Below are positions 24,185 to 36,518 of a stretch of DNA of 43,476 nucleotides, in pieces; the stretch's first letter is position 1; every line of letters starts with the position of its first letter. The stretch comes from Octopus bimaculoides. Lineage: Eukaryota. The position numbers were made by a program, and so were the translations under genes. The notes beneath the pieces were generated by a model. The model saw only the letters and a list, made by a program, of their open reading frames with translations, ran no database searches and had not been told where the DNA came from. The DNA lies in contig NC_068991.1 of NCBI RefSeq assembly GCF_001194135.2, positions 20,917,073 to 20,960,548 of the forward strand, written 5' to 3'.

Positions 24185-24882
24185 GGATCTTTCTGATTTG
24201 GTGGACACCATTTGTTTTCTAACAAAACACTTTTTTCAAACTTGGGATACTGGTAGAATGTGTCATATAAAACATCTTTTTCTTTTAGCCTTGTTAAGAA
24301 AAGTTTGTGTATTCCAAGTTATTTCATGTTAAAAGTTGTCGTATTTCGGTAATTTCAGCCAATCACTGACGTCTATTGAGGTGAAAACAATTACTGCTGT
24401 GGGTTGTCAACAACACGTTCTGGCGGTGTAATGGGATCTATTCCCTTGAATAAAATTACTGCCGTTGTTTGTCAACAACAACTATCGGCGGTACTGTTAT
24501 TTATGACATCGTTCGTGCATTTGTACTGGTTTTAGCTTTAGGGTTTTAGGGTTCGGGTTTTAGAGTAAGGGTTAGGGTTTTAGGGTCAGGATTAGCGTTT
24601 GCTTAATTCAAAAGGATTACCAGGGACTAACTATATATACACCGCTACAGATTATTGTTGACAAAGAACAGCAGTAACTGTATTCAGTTGAATAGACGTC
24701 AGTGATTGGTTGAAATTACCGAAATACGACAATTTTTAACATAAAATAACTTCGAATATGAAAATTTTTCTATGTTCTATAAGACAAAATATACAAGTAT
24801 ACGAAGTTTTAAAGTGTTTCGGTAGAAAACACACTAAATAAAAACTAAATAAAAAATGGTGTCCGCCAAATCAGAAAGATCC
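24185..24882. mobile_element. 698-bp fold-back element with long imperfect TIRs and a central TTAGGG-like array
   Basis: ggatctttctgatttggtggacaccattt pairs with aaatggtgtccgccaaatcagaaagatcc (1 mismatch). An inner block gtcgtatttcggtaatttcagccaatcactgacgtctatt also has an inverted partner at about 24690-24730. The centre (about 24530-24600) is tttagggttttagggttcgggtttta... Confidence 0.85.
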
Positions 24883-25194
24883 TCCACCCTGCGTAAATCC
24901 ATGTGGGTTAAAGTCCTGATATTGTAAGCATCCAGAAAATAGAAGCGAACATATCAACATTCAGTAACAGTATTGTAGCGGAGGTGGCTATCAAGTGGTA
25001 AAAGGAAAGAAAAGGAAACAAATAGAAAGAGAGGTAGATAGAGCGATGGGGGGGGGGGTTAAGGATTGGCTTTAAGGATAAAGTAAGGTATATAAACATA
25101 TAGTGTTTAAGAATATAGTGTACAAAGATAGCCAAGAAGATAAGAGAGAGGATGAGGAGGTAGAGGAAAATAATGAAAAAAAATAAACAAAATA

Positions 25195-25890
25195 GACGTA
25201 GGAGTGGCTGTGTGGTAAGTAGCTTGCTTACCAACTACATGGTTCCGGGTTTAGTCCCACTGCGTGGGACCTTGGGCAAGTGTCTTCTACTATAGCCTCT
25301 GGCCGACCAAAGCCTTGTGAGTGGATTTGGTAGACGGAAACTGAAAGAAGCCCGTCGTATATATATATATATATNNNNNNNNNNNNNNNNNNNNNNNNNN
25401 NNNNNNNNNNNNNNNNNNNNNNNNNNNNNNNNNNNNNNNNNNNNNNNNNNNNNNNNNNNNNNNNNNNNNNNNNNNNNNNNNNNNNNNNNNNNNNNNNNNN
25501 NNNNNNNNNNNNNNNNNNNNNNNNNNNNNNNNNNNNNNNNNNNNNNNNNNNNNNNNNNNNNNNNNNNNNNNNNNNNNNNNNNNNNNNNNNNNNNNNNNNN
25601 NNNNNNNNNNNNNNNNNNNNNNNNNNNNNNNNNNNNNNNNNNNNNNNNNNNNNNNNNNNNNNNNNNNNNNNNNNNNNNNNNNNNNGTGTGTGTTTGTCCC
25701 CACCCAACATCGCTTGACAACCGATGCTGGTGTGTTTACGTCCCTGTAACTTAGTGGTTTGGCAAAAGAGACCGATAGAATAAGTACTAGGCTTACAAAG
25801 AATAAGTCCTGGGGTCGATTTGCTCGACTAAAAGGCGGTGCTCCAGCATGGCCGCAGTCAAATGACTGAAACAAGTAAAAGAGTTAAGAA
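25195..25890 (+). mobile_element. SINE family A, full length, with a gap in its internal microsatellite
   Basis: Box A tggctgtgtgg, box B ggtttagtccc, CORE-like ccttgggcaagtgtctt, and 3' end ggcggtgctccagcatggccgcagtcaaatgactgaaacaagtaaaagag. Confidence 0.9.
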
Positions 25891-26099
25891 TAGAGCAAAC
25901 TGAAAGAAATTTAAAGAGAGTAGTAGGTGCCCGTGGTATTCTTCTAGTCTATAGGGGTTGGGGAAGAAATCTAGTAGTAACAACAACAACCACAACAACA
26001 ACGAACGTAACACCAGCACCATTACCATCACCATCACCACCACCACCAGCAATAACAATGTCAGCAACTGTAACAACAACAACTACAACAATAGTGACA

Positions 26100-28100
26100 C
26101 AGATATCTTCTTCATATTTTTCCATGTTGGCCACATTAAGATCATTTTTTTCTGTGGATCTGTCGTCTTTCCCTGCTATCTCCTTACAATGTTTGCTGAT
26201 AGCACTTCTCTCATATTAGGAAAGAATTCAACGGACAACTGCACCTTTATTCCTTGTGAATCCAATCATCCCACCTTTCGTTTTCGTGTCCCTGTTGCAT
26301 ATTTTCTCTATTGTCTGACCACAAGCAACTCCGCAGAATCCGTGGTCTGTCTGGTGATGGACAACAAACTTCTCTTGCATGAAGGCTTCAAGAATTTGTG
26401 GATGACTGCCAGGTAGTTGACTCATCTCATGCCGATAAACTGGAAGATATCTGGCATAATTGGTAGGTAACAGCGAATAGAAGAAAGGTGGAATTCCCAG
26501 TCTCCTTGCCTTGTAGACCGTAGAAATAAGAATATGACTTCAATGTAGCTTGACCACAGAGCGAACGTTGGATCTTTGGCTGAATGTTGTTCCACAAAAG
26601 AACGACAGGTAGATGCCACAGCCTGAAATTTTTCTCCCATTACAAACTCTGTGAAAGAGGAAGAGGTAAAATCAGCATGAAATTTAACAAGGGTTTCATA
26701 TGTTAATGCGCAGTCCACATCTGAGAGGAAGCCAATGTTGGCTTGCCAACGCAGACGTTCCATGGCTTCCACGATGCATTTATGAGCTTGGATGCTGCGA
26801 TTGTAGTGGTCTCCACCGAGAACGCTGTTAATGGAACCTTGCGCTACGACGTTTGACTCTATCATGATGTTCTCCAAACCTGCATCTCCAAACCGTTTCC
26901 CAAGACATGCAAGCGTAGGTAGGATGGTGTGAAATGCACCCAAACGAATGACAATCCTCTTGCAATAAAGTTCATTAACCCATCGTATCTGCTGAGCCTT
27001 TGAATAAATAGTCTGATCAAAAACAAGTACAACTGCTTTCTGCTGGAGCGCATCAGCTATTGACATGGCATTTGCAAGGACTATGTTCACAGTGTCGAAT
27101 TCCGTAGTATTGGCATCGATGATTGGCATGTAGCCGACTGTAGACTGCTTTGGAACAGGTTTACTCAGCATTACATTCATTCCTGTCCATCCTGGGAGCA
27201 ATTTTTCACCAACTTCCACTGTCTTCAACAGCCTGTGTGCAATATCAATATCATGTGCACGAGTTTGCTGAATTGCTGAGGTCCAATCTTCTTGCGTCCA
27301 TAATGCGTTTTGTGCTCCACTGGAGGAATTTCAAATGCTATCTTCTTGGCCTTTAGAATGGCGATCTTGAGAGGCTCAAGAGGTTGGTGGGGTGCTGAAT
27401 AATGATGCCATTGATATTATGTGTAGTACCCTTCCAGCTGACAGTTTCCTCGCCAAAGTCATTATTGTCATAAATGAGAGTGAAGATAGGCTGAACTCCA
27501 GGAGGAAGTATCCGATTATCTAAGGCAAGCTGGCGCTTAGCAAGAGCAGTATCTGCTTTTTCTGCGATGACATTTTCCTGACGATTTTTTAATTCTTTCC
27601 ACAATGCAGCACACTCTGAACTTATTGAAACTTTTCTCTGAAAATGGGAGAACTCTTCCGTGAGTCTTAATCACATGCATATAACAAAATGCTGAAGATT
27701 TCCTCTCGGAGTCGTCCGTATCAGAAGACAACGAAGATGACATGTGCGCCGCCATTTTGTGCTATGAGCGGTGAATGCAACGAGGCATATGATTGGTTGA
27801 CATAGGAATCATCTTCCAAAATGCAAATTAAATGACCATGCTGGTTGGTTTACGATTATTCGGGTAAGTTACTTATTTTTCTCACATTTTCTCAATTTTT
27901 TTTTTATAAAAAGGGAGCAACTTTTACGATTGTCGAGTTTGAGGGATGACTTTTATTATATTTCTAAATAATACGTGAGAATTTAAGGTAGTTGCTCGAT
28001 GGTGGTCACAAAAAGTCGACGTTTGGGGCTTTGCATGTCAACCTAAAAGTTATTCTTCGAATTTTGCTAAGTGTTGGTTAAGAGGTGGGTTTTTCAGTGA
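26100..28100 (-). mobile_element. Academ-like DNA transposon relic, internally deleted and 3' truncated
   Basis: Fragments in order: MAAHMSS (27537-27755); IYDNNDFGEETVSWKGTTHNINGIIIQ; STVGYMPIIDA...LVFDQTIYSKAQQIRW...IRLGAFH...GKRFGDAGL...HYNRSIQAHK...FALWSSYIE...RQGDWEFHLSSI; MSQLPGSHPQI...CGQTIEKICNRDTKTKGGMIGFT. These are motifs of Academ-type transposases as I recall them. Outer boundaries are approximate. Confidence 0.7.
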
Positions 28101-28577
28101 TATAAATTCTGATCTAAGTATATCATCCACTTTTTGTTCATCCTATGTACGTATGTATGTATATATGTATGTATGTACGTACGTACGTATACGTGCATAT
28201 TTGTGTGCTTTGTTTTATGCACAAAGAGGCAAAGAATAAGTCCTGGGGTCGATTTGTCCAACAAAAGGCGGTGCTCCAGCATATCCCTTTATCTGGAGGG
28301 CAACTACAGTCTGATATTTTGCAAGCAACAATGAAAAACGTATGACTTTCATTTACGTATATTTCAGCAAGTCATTACTTGGTTTCTGTTTTATTGCATC
28401 GTAAACAACAGTGTCAAAAACCAAATTATGAGGTGACCTTCTCAATTTCATAAAAATATATTGCATACTTTGGTTACTAAGTGTTGTTCGTCCATTTTTA
28501 TTTACCTACAACAAACGCATGTACACTCACACAAACGCACACATACAAACGTACATAAGAACATAAAGCATGCATAT

Positions 28578-28982
28578 TTCTTTCTTTCTCTTATTTGTTT
28601 CAGTCCTTTGACAGCGGCCATGCTGGTGCACCACCTTTAGTCCAACAAATCGACCCCAGCCAGGACTTTGTAAGCCTAGTACTTATTCTATTGGTCTCTT
28701 TTGCCGAACTGCTAGGTTACGGGGACGTAAGCACACCGACATCGGCTATCAAGCGATGGTAGGGGGATGAACACAGATGCACAAGCACACACACACGCGC
28801 GCACGTGCACACGCACATATACGACGAGCTTTAAGTTTCCGTCTACCAAATCCACTTACAAGGCTTTGGTCGGCTCCAGGTTACAGAAGAAGACACTTGC
28901 CCAAGGTCCCACGCAGTGGGACTGAACTCGGAACCATGTGATTGGTAAGCAAGCTACTTACCACACAGCCACTCCTGCGCCT
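28578..28982 (-). mobile_element. SINE family A, full length
   Basis: Reverse complement of the 25195 copy, beginning ggcgcaggagtggctgtgtgg on the minus strand. Confidence 0.9.
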
Positions 28983-29989
28983 ACATATATATATATATTC
29001 TTTTTTTCTTTTTATTCTTTTTACTTGTTTGAGTCATTTNNNNNNNNNNNNNNNNNNNNNNNNNNNNNNNNNNNNNNNNNNNNNNNNNNNNNNNNNNNNN
29101 NNNNNNNNNNNNNNNNNNNNNNNNNNNNNNNNNNNNNNNNNNNNNNNNNNNNNNNNNNNNNNNNNNNNNNNNNNNNNNNNNNNNNNNNNNNNNNNNNNNN
29201 NNNNNNNNNNNNNNNNNNNNNNNNNNNNNNNNNNNNNNNNNNNNNNNNNNNNNNNNNNNNNNNNNNNNNNNNNNNNNNNNNNNNNNNNNNNNNNNNNNNN
29301 NNNNNNNNNNNNNNNNNNNNNNNNNNNNNNNNNNNNNNNNNNNNNNNNNNNNNNNNNNNNNNNNNNNNNNNNNNNNNNNNNNNNNNNNNNNNNNNNNNNN
29401 NNNNNNNNNNNNNNNNNNNNNNNNNNNNNNNNNNNNNNNNNNNNNNNNNNNNNNNNNNNNNNNNNNNNNNNNNNNNNNNNNNNNNNNNNNNNNNNNNNNN
29501 NNNNNNNNNNNNNNNNNNNNNNNNNNNNNNNNNNNNNNNNNNNNNNNNNNNNNNNNNNNNNNNNNNNNNNNNNNNNNNNNNNNNNNNNNNNNNNNNNNNN
29601 NNNNNNNNNNNNNNNNNNNNNNNNNNNNNNNNNNNNNNNNNNNNNNNNNNNNNNNNNNNNNNNNNNNNNNNNNNNNNNNNNNNNNNNNNNNNNNNNNNNN
29701 NNNNNNNNNNNNNNNNNNNNNNNNNNNNNNNNNNNNNNNNNNNNNNNNNNNNNNNNNNNNNNNNNNNNNNNNNNNNNNNNNNNNNNNNNNNNNNNNNNNN
29801 NNNNNNNNNNNNNNNNNNNNNNNNNNNNNNNNNNNNNNNNNNNNNNNNNNNNNNNNNNNNNNNNNNNNNNNNNNNNNNNNNNNNNNNNNNNNNNNNNNNN
29901 NNNNNNNNNNNNNNNNNNNNNNNNNNNNNNNNNNNNNNNNNNNACTAGACGTGCAGTCAAAATATTTAAAAAAGTAAAATATATACAGG

Positions 29990-30195
29990 TCAGAAATTCG
30001 GATTCAGAAATTTGGTTTCAGAAATTTGGTTTCATTAACTTGATTTCTTAAAATTGGATTCGTAAATTTGGTTTCATTGGATTCATAAATTTGGTTTCGT
30101 TGGATTCATAGATTTGGTTTTCGAAATTTGGATTCCGAAATTTGTTTTCGTAAATTCGGATTTCGAAATTTGGATTCGAAATTTGGACCTAAACA
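29990..30195 (+). repeat. About 13-14-bp tandem motif GAAATTTGG(A/T)TTC
   Basis: More than 10 degenerate copies seen directly. Confidence 0.8.
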
Positions 30196-30299
30196 TAAAT
30201 AAATCTAATGTCAAAGCAACCATTTAAACTAAAAGTTCATGACACAAAACGGCTGCTAGACTACATCAATAATTATAGGTAAAAAATAAATAATCATAC

Positions 30300-31795
30300 A
30301 AATAATCTAGTTTGCTTTAAATTCACACAAACTGCTTCATACGAGCATGCTGAGTAACCATTAGACAAAATTTACAGCTTAGTTGTCTAATACAAAATAT
30401 GTAGATTTGACATTATGAATCTGGCACATGATATTCCATTGGCTGGTCATTTAGGTGTTCGAAAAACAAAGTATAGAATTTTACAGCACTTTTATTGGCC
30501 AAGTTTATCCTCTGATGTTGCTAGTTATTGTCGAACTTGTAAAACATGTCAGCGGGAAAACCCAATGCAACCATCGACAAGGCACCCTTAAAGCCCATTC
30601 CGGCTGTAAAAGAACCATTTCCCAGGATTATTATTGATGGGGTTGGTCCATTTCCCAGAAAAAAGTCAGGATATCGTTACTTATTAACTGTATTGGATCA
30701 GGCGACTAGGTATCCAGAGGCAATTCCGTTGAAAGAAGTTTCTGCAACTACTGTAGCTGATGCTTTGGTGAAGTTTTTCACCCAGTTCGGTTTTCCAAAG
30801 GGAATTCAGTCAAATCAGGGATCCAATTTCATGTCAAGCGTGTTCCAGATATTGATGCATAAGTTAGGGATCAAACAGCTTCGTTCTACAGCATATCACC
30901 CACAAGCACACGGAGCCTTAGAACGTTATCACCAAGTGTTGAAGAATATGTTGCGGTTTTATCGTCTAGAACATGAGGAGGTTTGGGATCATGGTGTCCC
31001 TCTAGTGTTGTTCGCAACTAGAGAAGTTCCCGTAGAAATTTTAGGGGTCTCTAGTTTTGACATGATTTATGCCCATCGCGTGCGAGGACCCTTACAAGTA
31101 CTAAAATATAGTTGGTTGAATAGTGATAACGTTGCACCTGAGTTTAATCTGATTGACTATATTTCTGAGTTTAAAGAGAGAGATTTCGTTCCGCAGTTAA
31201 CACTGCACATGTCAACTTAGAGTCTAGTCAGAAACAAATGAAGCAGAGATATGATGGTAAATCCCAAAAGCGTAGTTTTCCTCTTGATAGTAAGGTGTTA
31301 GCTCTACTTCCTGTACCAGGTAGTCCTTTGAAAGGTAGATTTTCTGGACCTTACAAAATTGTAAAACAACTTTGCAATTTGGATTATGTGATTGAAACTC
31401 CGGATCGTAGAGAGGAGCAACAAGTTTGTCATGTCAACATGTTAAAACCATTTTCTGAAAGAGATGTTGAATCTAAGTTCGTTAATGGTGTTATGCCGGT
31501 CGTGGACAAATTAGTTGATGAGGAAAATCAGGAAGATAGTGAACTTAGTTCGTCCATTAATTCAGATTACAAAATAGACAATTCCTCTACTGAACCTATA
31601 GTAACAAGTTTATTTTCAGAGCAGAGTGAGGAGTTGACTGGTTTGTTTAGTGATTTTGACGAAATATTTTCAGACAATCCAGAGCGCACTACTGTTCTGA
31701 TGCATGATGCTGAGATGTCTGATAGAAAGCCGATTAAACAACAGCCTTACAGAGTGCACTCAGCCAAGTTAAAAATTCTTGAGCAGGAAATTCTA
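30300..31795 (+). mobile_element. Ty3/gypsy pol relic with integrase upstream of RT (Gmr1-like order)
   Basis: HHCC motif LAHDIPLAGHLG...CRTCKTCQ; core IIIDGVGP...IQSNQG (Asp to Asn)...ALERY; GPY/F module RFSGPYKI...CHVNMLKPF; then the RT N-terminus FSDNPERTTVLMHD...KPIKQQPYRV...LEQEI. Frameshifts near 30550 and 31190. Confidence 0.88.
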
Positions 31796-31940
31796 ATTTA
31801 CTTGCGGATGCACCATTCAAGTGTTAGCACTTACCATGTATATATTTTATGTACAAGTGCATATTTGACTTCTGCCTTTTCTGGATGCTATTTTATCTTT
31901 CTGAAAATTATTTATTGTGTATAAAAAAATTTCCCCTTTT

Positions 31941-32095
31941 AAGGGGAAAGGAATATTAGGAAATTAAGGCTTTCTTAAAAATTATGCCTGTTTTATGAGT
32001 ATATTATGAAGTAATATTATTATTGGGCAATGTTACCTACACGGCATTATAAGTTTTAACAGGTAAACAGACAGTTTTGCATGCTGTACTGTAAA
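31941..32095 (+). mobile_element. Putative polypurine tract and start of a degenerate 3' LTR
   Basis: aaggggaaaggaa (31941-31953) is followed by tattagg, resembling a TGTTAG LTR start. No 5' LTR is visible to confirm it. Confidence 0.35.
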
Positions 32096-32099
32096 GTTA

Positions 32100-32752
32100 G
32101 GATGAAGTCCACGTATAATGAGAACCATCGGAAGGATAAACCCGAGGCGAAAAACTGATAATTTTCAGTACAGTAGAAGCCATAGCCACTCATAACAAAA
32201 AGGAGTACTGGTGCAATGTCCTAGTGGAAATCGCAATAAAAGGTAAAAATAATAGCGCTGACATAGTAATTTGAGATAAAGAAAAGGAACTGTGAATAGT
32301 CGTGGAAATCAGCTGCCTGTAAAAATAAAGATCAGCAAAAAAGAATATACCGACGCTGAACTATTGAGGAATCTACAGCAACTCTACCCAGATTACAAGT
32401 TCAGTTTTTAGAATTGTATGTATCTATCTTTTAGGAATAAAGTTTAAAACAGCTATACTAGTAATATGCTAAGTCCAATAGATATTAACAAGGAAAGAAA
32501 AAAACATTAAATAACTTTGCTGAAGTACCACATTGCTTCTACATGAAAAGCAGTTGTACAACAATCCAAACGTACATATGTATACCTGTAATTATTGGGG
32601 GACTGGGATATGTAACACACTGCCTAAATACCAGTCTTGAGAAATTAGGCTTCTCAAAACCAGGAAGGAGAATATTGATTTGAAGAATACAGATCGAAGC
32701 CGTCACTAGAACTATGCAAACCTGTAAAACATTTCAGAAGTTTATCATTTAC
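32100..32752 (+). mobile_element. R4/Dong-like non-LTR retrotransposon C-terminal restriction-like endonuclease fragment
   Basis: TVEAIATHNKKEYWCNV...NNSADIVI*DKEKEL*IVVEISC (decayed PD..D/E motif)...ELLRNLQQLYPDYKF[insertion]IPVIIGGLGYVTHCLNTSLEKLGF...CKTFQKFII. Confidence 0.75.
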
Positions 32753-33104
32753 GTATATATGAGCATGTCTACGCATTAATTATGTGAATCAGAATACATA
32801 CATAAAATTAAACGTACAAATTTTCACACATCCATCCATCCATCTATCTATCAATCTATCGTAAACGTACGTTCATACATATATACACATGCTGACAGCC
32901 ACACATATGTACTTGTATACGTAGTGATAATTATGTAAACGACGAATGAACACTCTTATCTTAAACTGAGCAATCCATAGAATAAATTATAGTTGTTATC
33001 TAACACTTTTGAAGGTGAATTTTAATTACCATTACTATCAAAACAGAAATATATTTAAATTAATGGTAAGTAAAACAAACACTACTGTAAAATACCAAAT
33101 TATC

Positions 33105-33160
<56 letters not shown>

Positions 33161-33161
<1 letters not shown>

Positions 33162-33713
33162 GAGTGACAGAGCAGGGCATGCCATCAAATTGACACTGGG
33201 GTAAAATATACGATCATGTATACCGATCATGACTACCCGTCTGATAAGGGTACACCAGGCACATGCATCACGACCATATGTGCGCCACATAGTGGTTTCA
33301 TATCAAGATAAACAGCGCATGACCTCGCAGTTGGGGCCCAGTTAGAATTTTCTTCAGGTCGAGTAGCCCATCCTGCTCAAAAGGTCCTTGAATAAAGGTT
33401 GTTTGAGGATGTCGAACGAAATACCCATGTTTCCAAAGGTGAATTATCCAAACCTCAAAAAATTCCTCTCAAAACATGACTATGATGCTTCCCCACTACT
33501 TCTGCTCGTGATCAGAGGCGCACATATCGTCAGCTACTAAGGGACATGCTCAACTGGTTAAGATCAAGCAACTGACAAGCAAATCTGTGGTATTGAGCAG
33601 AATATTTGCTGTAGCCCATCTTTTATACCAAGACAAAACAATGTACATGATAACACTTCCAATCAATTAAGATCAGAAGCCATGAGAGCCACTGCCTGGT
33701 ACTGCATCAGGGC

Positions 33714-33716
<3 letters not shown>
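33161..33716. repeat. Interspersed repeat bounded on both sides by (ATT)n
   Basis: GC-normal 555-bp block between two (ATT)n tracts. No recognisable ORF; family not assigned. Confidence 0.45.
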
Positions 33717-33774
<58 letters not shown>

Positions 33775-34699
33775 GATATTATTATTATTATTTCCGGAAT
33801 ATCATTTAAACTGTTGGACACATGAGTAATTCGTAAACCGATCAGAAACACGTGGAAATAATAAAAAAATATCAAGAAGTCCAATAGATATTAACAAGGA
33901 AAGAAAAAAACATTAAATAACTTTGCTGAAGTACCACATTGCTTCTACATGAAAAACAGTTGTACAACAATCCAAACGGCTAATTTGATTTTAGCATATT
34001 ACTAGTATAGCTGTTTTAAACTTTATTCCTAAAAGATAGATACATACAATTCTAAAAACTGATTCGGATGTTTTTAATATCAAAATGCTTAAGCTGTTGA
34101 GCTAAAAAGAAAAGAAGCTACATCGAGATATCAGTGCTTTCCTCTCTTTCTCGTTTTTTTTTCCACTCAGATTCGCAACCTACCTACCTACCTACAAACA
34201 ATATTAGAGTATATGCATATATATGTACATGTATGTACATACCTTCATCTATATGTATATATAGATACATAACTGGGTACATGACGTGGCAAAAGGACAT
34301 GGACAAAATGATAAACAAGGTACAACAAACAAGCAGGCCACATAGAAACATCTCCTTCATCAGCTGCCACCATTAAAACACCGGTGTTTCGAAGAATTAA
34401 GGCAGTACGAATCGTTAAAATGGTTCTTCCCACGAACACAAATTAAATTTTTTTCGTGGAGGATAGTGGCGGACGGAAAACAAGACAGGAAAACGAAACG
34501 GTGAAATAAACAAACAAAAGTCTGTACAGCCAGACGTGAAGCGTGTATGTATTGAAGACTGTGAAGCACGAACAGGAGGGGCAAAGAAGTACGTGCGAGC
34601 TTGGGGAGTCTAAGAACGAAAAGAAATAGCAGCCGGACACACGTGACCAGCGCTGAGTGGAGAGAAAGAGTAGCAGAGGAAGAAGAAGGGAAGGAAGTA

Positions 34700-35005
34700 G
34701 AATAAAAGTGAGCAACGAGAGGTAGAGAGGGAGAGAGATAGTAGTAGTAACGATGAGAGGCGAAGGACGAGCAAAAAGAGATAGAGAGAGAGAGAGATAG
34801 TAGTGACAGAGAGAGGCGAAGAACAGTAGAGGGAAGAATGGGAGGGGGAGATAGATATAGAGATAGAGAGAGTCGCGTTAGAAAAATAGTTAAAACTTAC
34901 TGTATAAGTTTAAAGGCGTGCGTTTACCTACCTACCTACCTACCTACCTACCTACCTGCCTGCTTGCCTGCCTGCTTGCCTGCCTACCGACCTGCCTGTC
35001 TGTGT
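34700..35005. repeat. (GA)-rich and (CCTA)/(CCTG)n tracts upstream of the SLC22 start
   Basis: Direct reading of the sequence. Confidence 0.8.
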
Positions 35006-35252
35006 CGCTCTCCCTCTCTCTTTCTCATTCGCAATTATTTTCGTCGGTTCTGCAGTTTTACAACTATCACCGCCCTAGAGGGTGGATATATATAAAAATA
35101 TCCTAGGAAATCTCTATATAACTATCGAATCATATTACTGCATATTAGCGAATAAGATAACAAAAGATCGCAGCTTGCAATATTAATGACTGAATAAGGT
35201 TCCGAAAACCTTTACAGAGAAGCAAACGTACAAAAATACAAAGAAAAAAAAA

Positions 35253-35391
35253 ATGAAGGCTTCCGAAGTAGATGTTGATGAAATCTTGGACAATCTTGGA
35301 GATTCTAAATTCTTCCATACCACCCAGTATATTATATTCAGCACTTCCTTGCTTATACCTGCTTATAACACTTATTTCTACGTGTTTACAA
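35253..35391 (+). CDS. SLC22-family (organic cation/anion transporter-like) coding exon 1
   Basis: MKASEVDVDEILDNLGDSKFFHTTQYIIFSTSLLIPAYNTYFYVFT matches the SLC22 N-terminal pattern (D-IL--LG--G-F-----...F). Strong phase-1 donor A|GTAAGT at 35392. Confidence 0.88.
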
Positions 35392-35542
35392 GTAAGTATC
35401 TATCTCTCTATCTCTCTATCTCTCTATCTATCTCTCTATCTATCTATCTTATGTATTTTTATATTTTTGATAGTGATCTTTACAATATGTTTAAATGCTC
35501 TCTCGAAATAAACATGCATTTCATTTTAAAGTGATGCACATA

Positions 35543-35736
35543 GGCGCAGAAGTGGCTGTGTGGTAAGTAGCTTGCTTACCAACCACATGGTTCCGAGTTC
35601 ATTCCCACTGCGTGGCACCTTGGGCAAGTGTCTCCTACTATAGCCTTGGGCCGACCAAAGCCTTGTGAGTGGATTTGGTAGATGGAAACTGAAAGAAGCC
35701 CGTCGTATATATGTATGTATGTATATATATATATAT
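35543..35736 (+). mobile_element. SINE family A, 5' half (intronic)
   Basis: ggcgcagaagtggctgtgtggtaagtagc... running into (TA)n and a gap. Confidence 0.9.
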
Positions 35737-36518
35737 NNNNNNNNNNNNNNNNNNNNNNNNNNNNNNNNNNNNNNNNNNNNNNNNNNNNNNNNNNNNNNNN
35801 NNNNNNNNNNNNNNNNNNNNNNNNNNNNNNNNNNNNNNNNNNNNNNNNNNNNNNNNNNNNNNNNNNNNNNNNNNNNNNNNNNNNNNNNNNNNNNNNNNNN
35901 NNNNNNNNNNNNNNNNNNNNNNNNNNNNNNNNNNNNNNNNNNNNNNNNNNNNNNNNNNNNNNNNNNNNNNNNNNNNNNNNNNNNNNNNNNNNNNNNNNNN
36001 NNNNNNNNNNNNNNNNNNNNNNNNNNNNNNNNNNNNNNNNNNNNNNNNNNNNNNNNNNNNNNNNNNNNNNNNNNNNNNNNNNNNNNNNNNNNNNNNNNNN
36101 NNNNNNNNNNNNNNNNNNNNNNNNNNNNNNNNNNNNNNNNNNNNNNNNNNNNNNNNNNNNNNNNNNNNNNNNNNNNNNNNNNNNNNNNNNNNNNNNNNNN
36201 NNNNNNNNNNNNNNNNNNNNNNNNNNNNNNNNNNNNNNNNNNNNNNNNNNNNNNNNNNNNNNNNNNNNNNNNNNNNNNNNNNNNNNNNNNNNNNNNNNNN
36301 NNNNNNNNNNNNNNNNNNNNNNNNNNNNNNNNNNNNNNNNNNNNNNNNNNNNNNNNNNNNNNNNNNNNNNNNNNNNNNNNNNNNNNNNNNNNNNNNNNNN
36401 NNNNNNNNNNNNNNNNNNNNNNNNNNNNNNNNNNNNNNNNNNNNNNNNNNNNNNNNNNNNNNNNNNNNNNNNNNNNNNNNNNNNNNNNNNNNNNNNNNNN
36501 NNNNNNNNNNNNNNNNNN

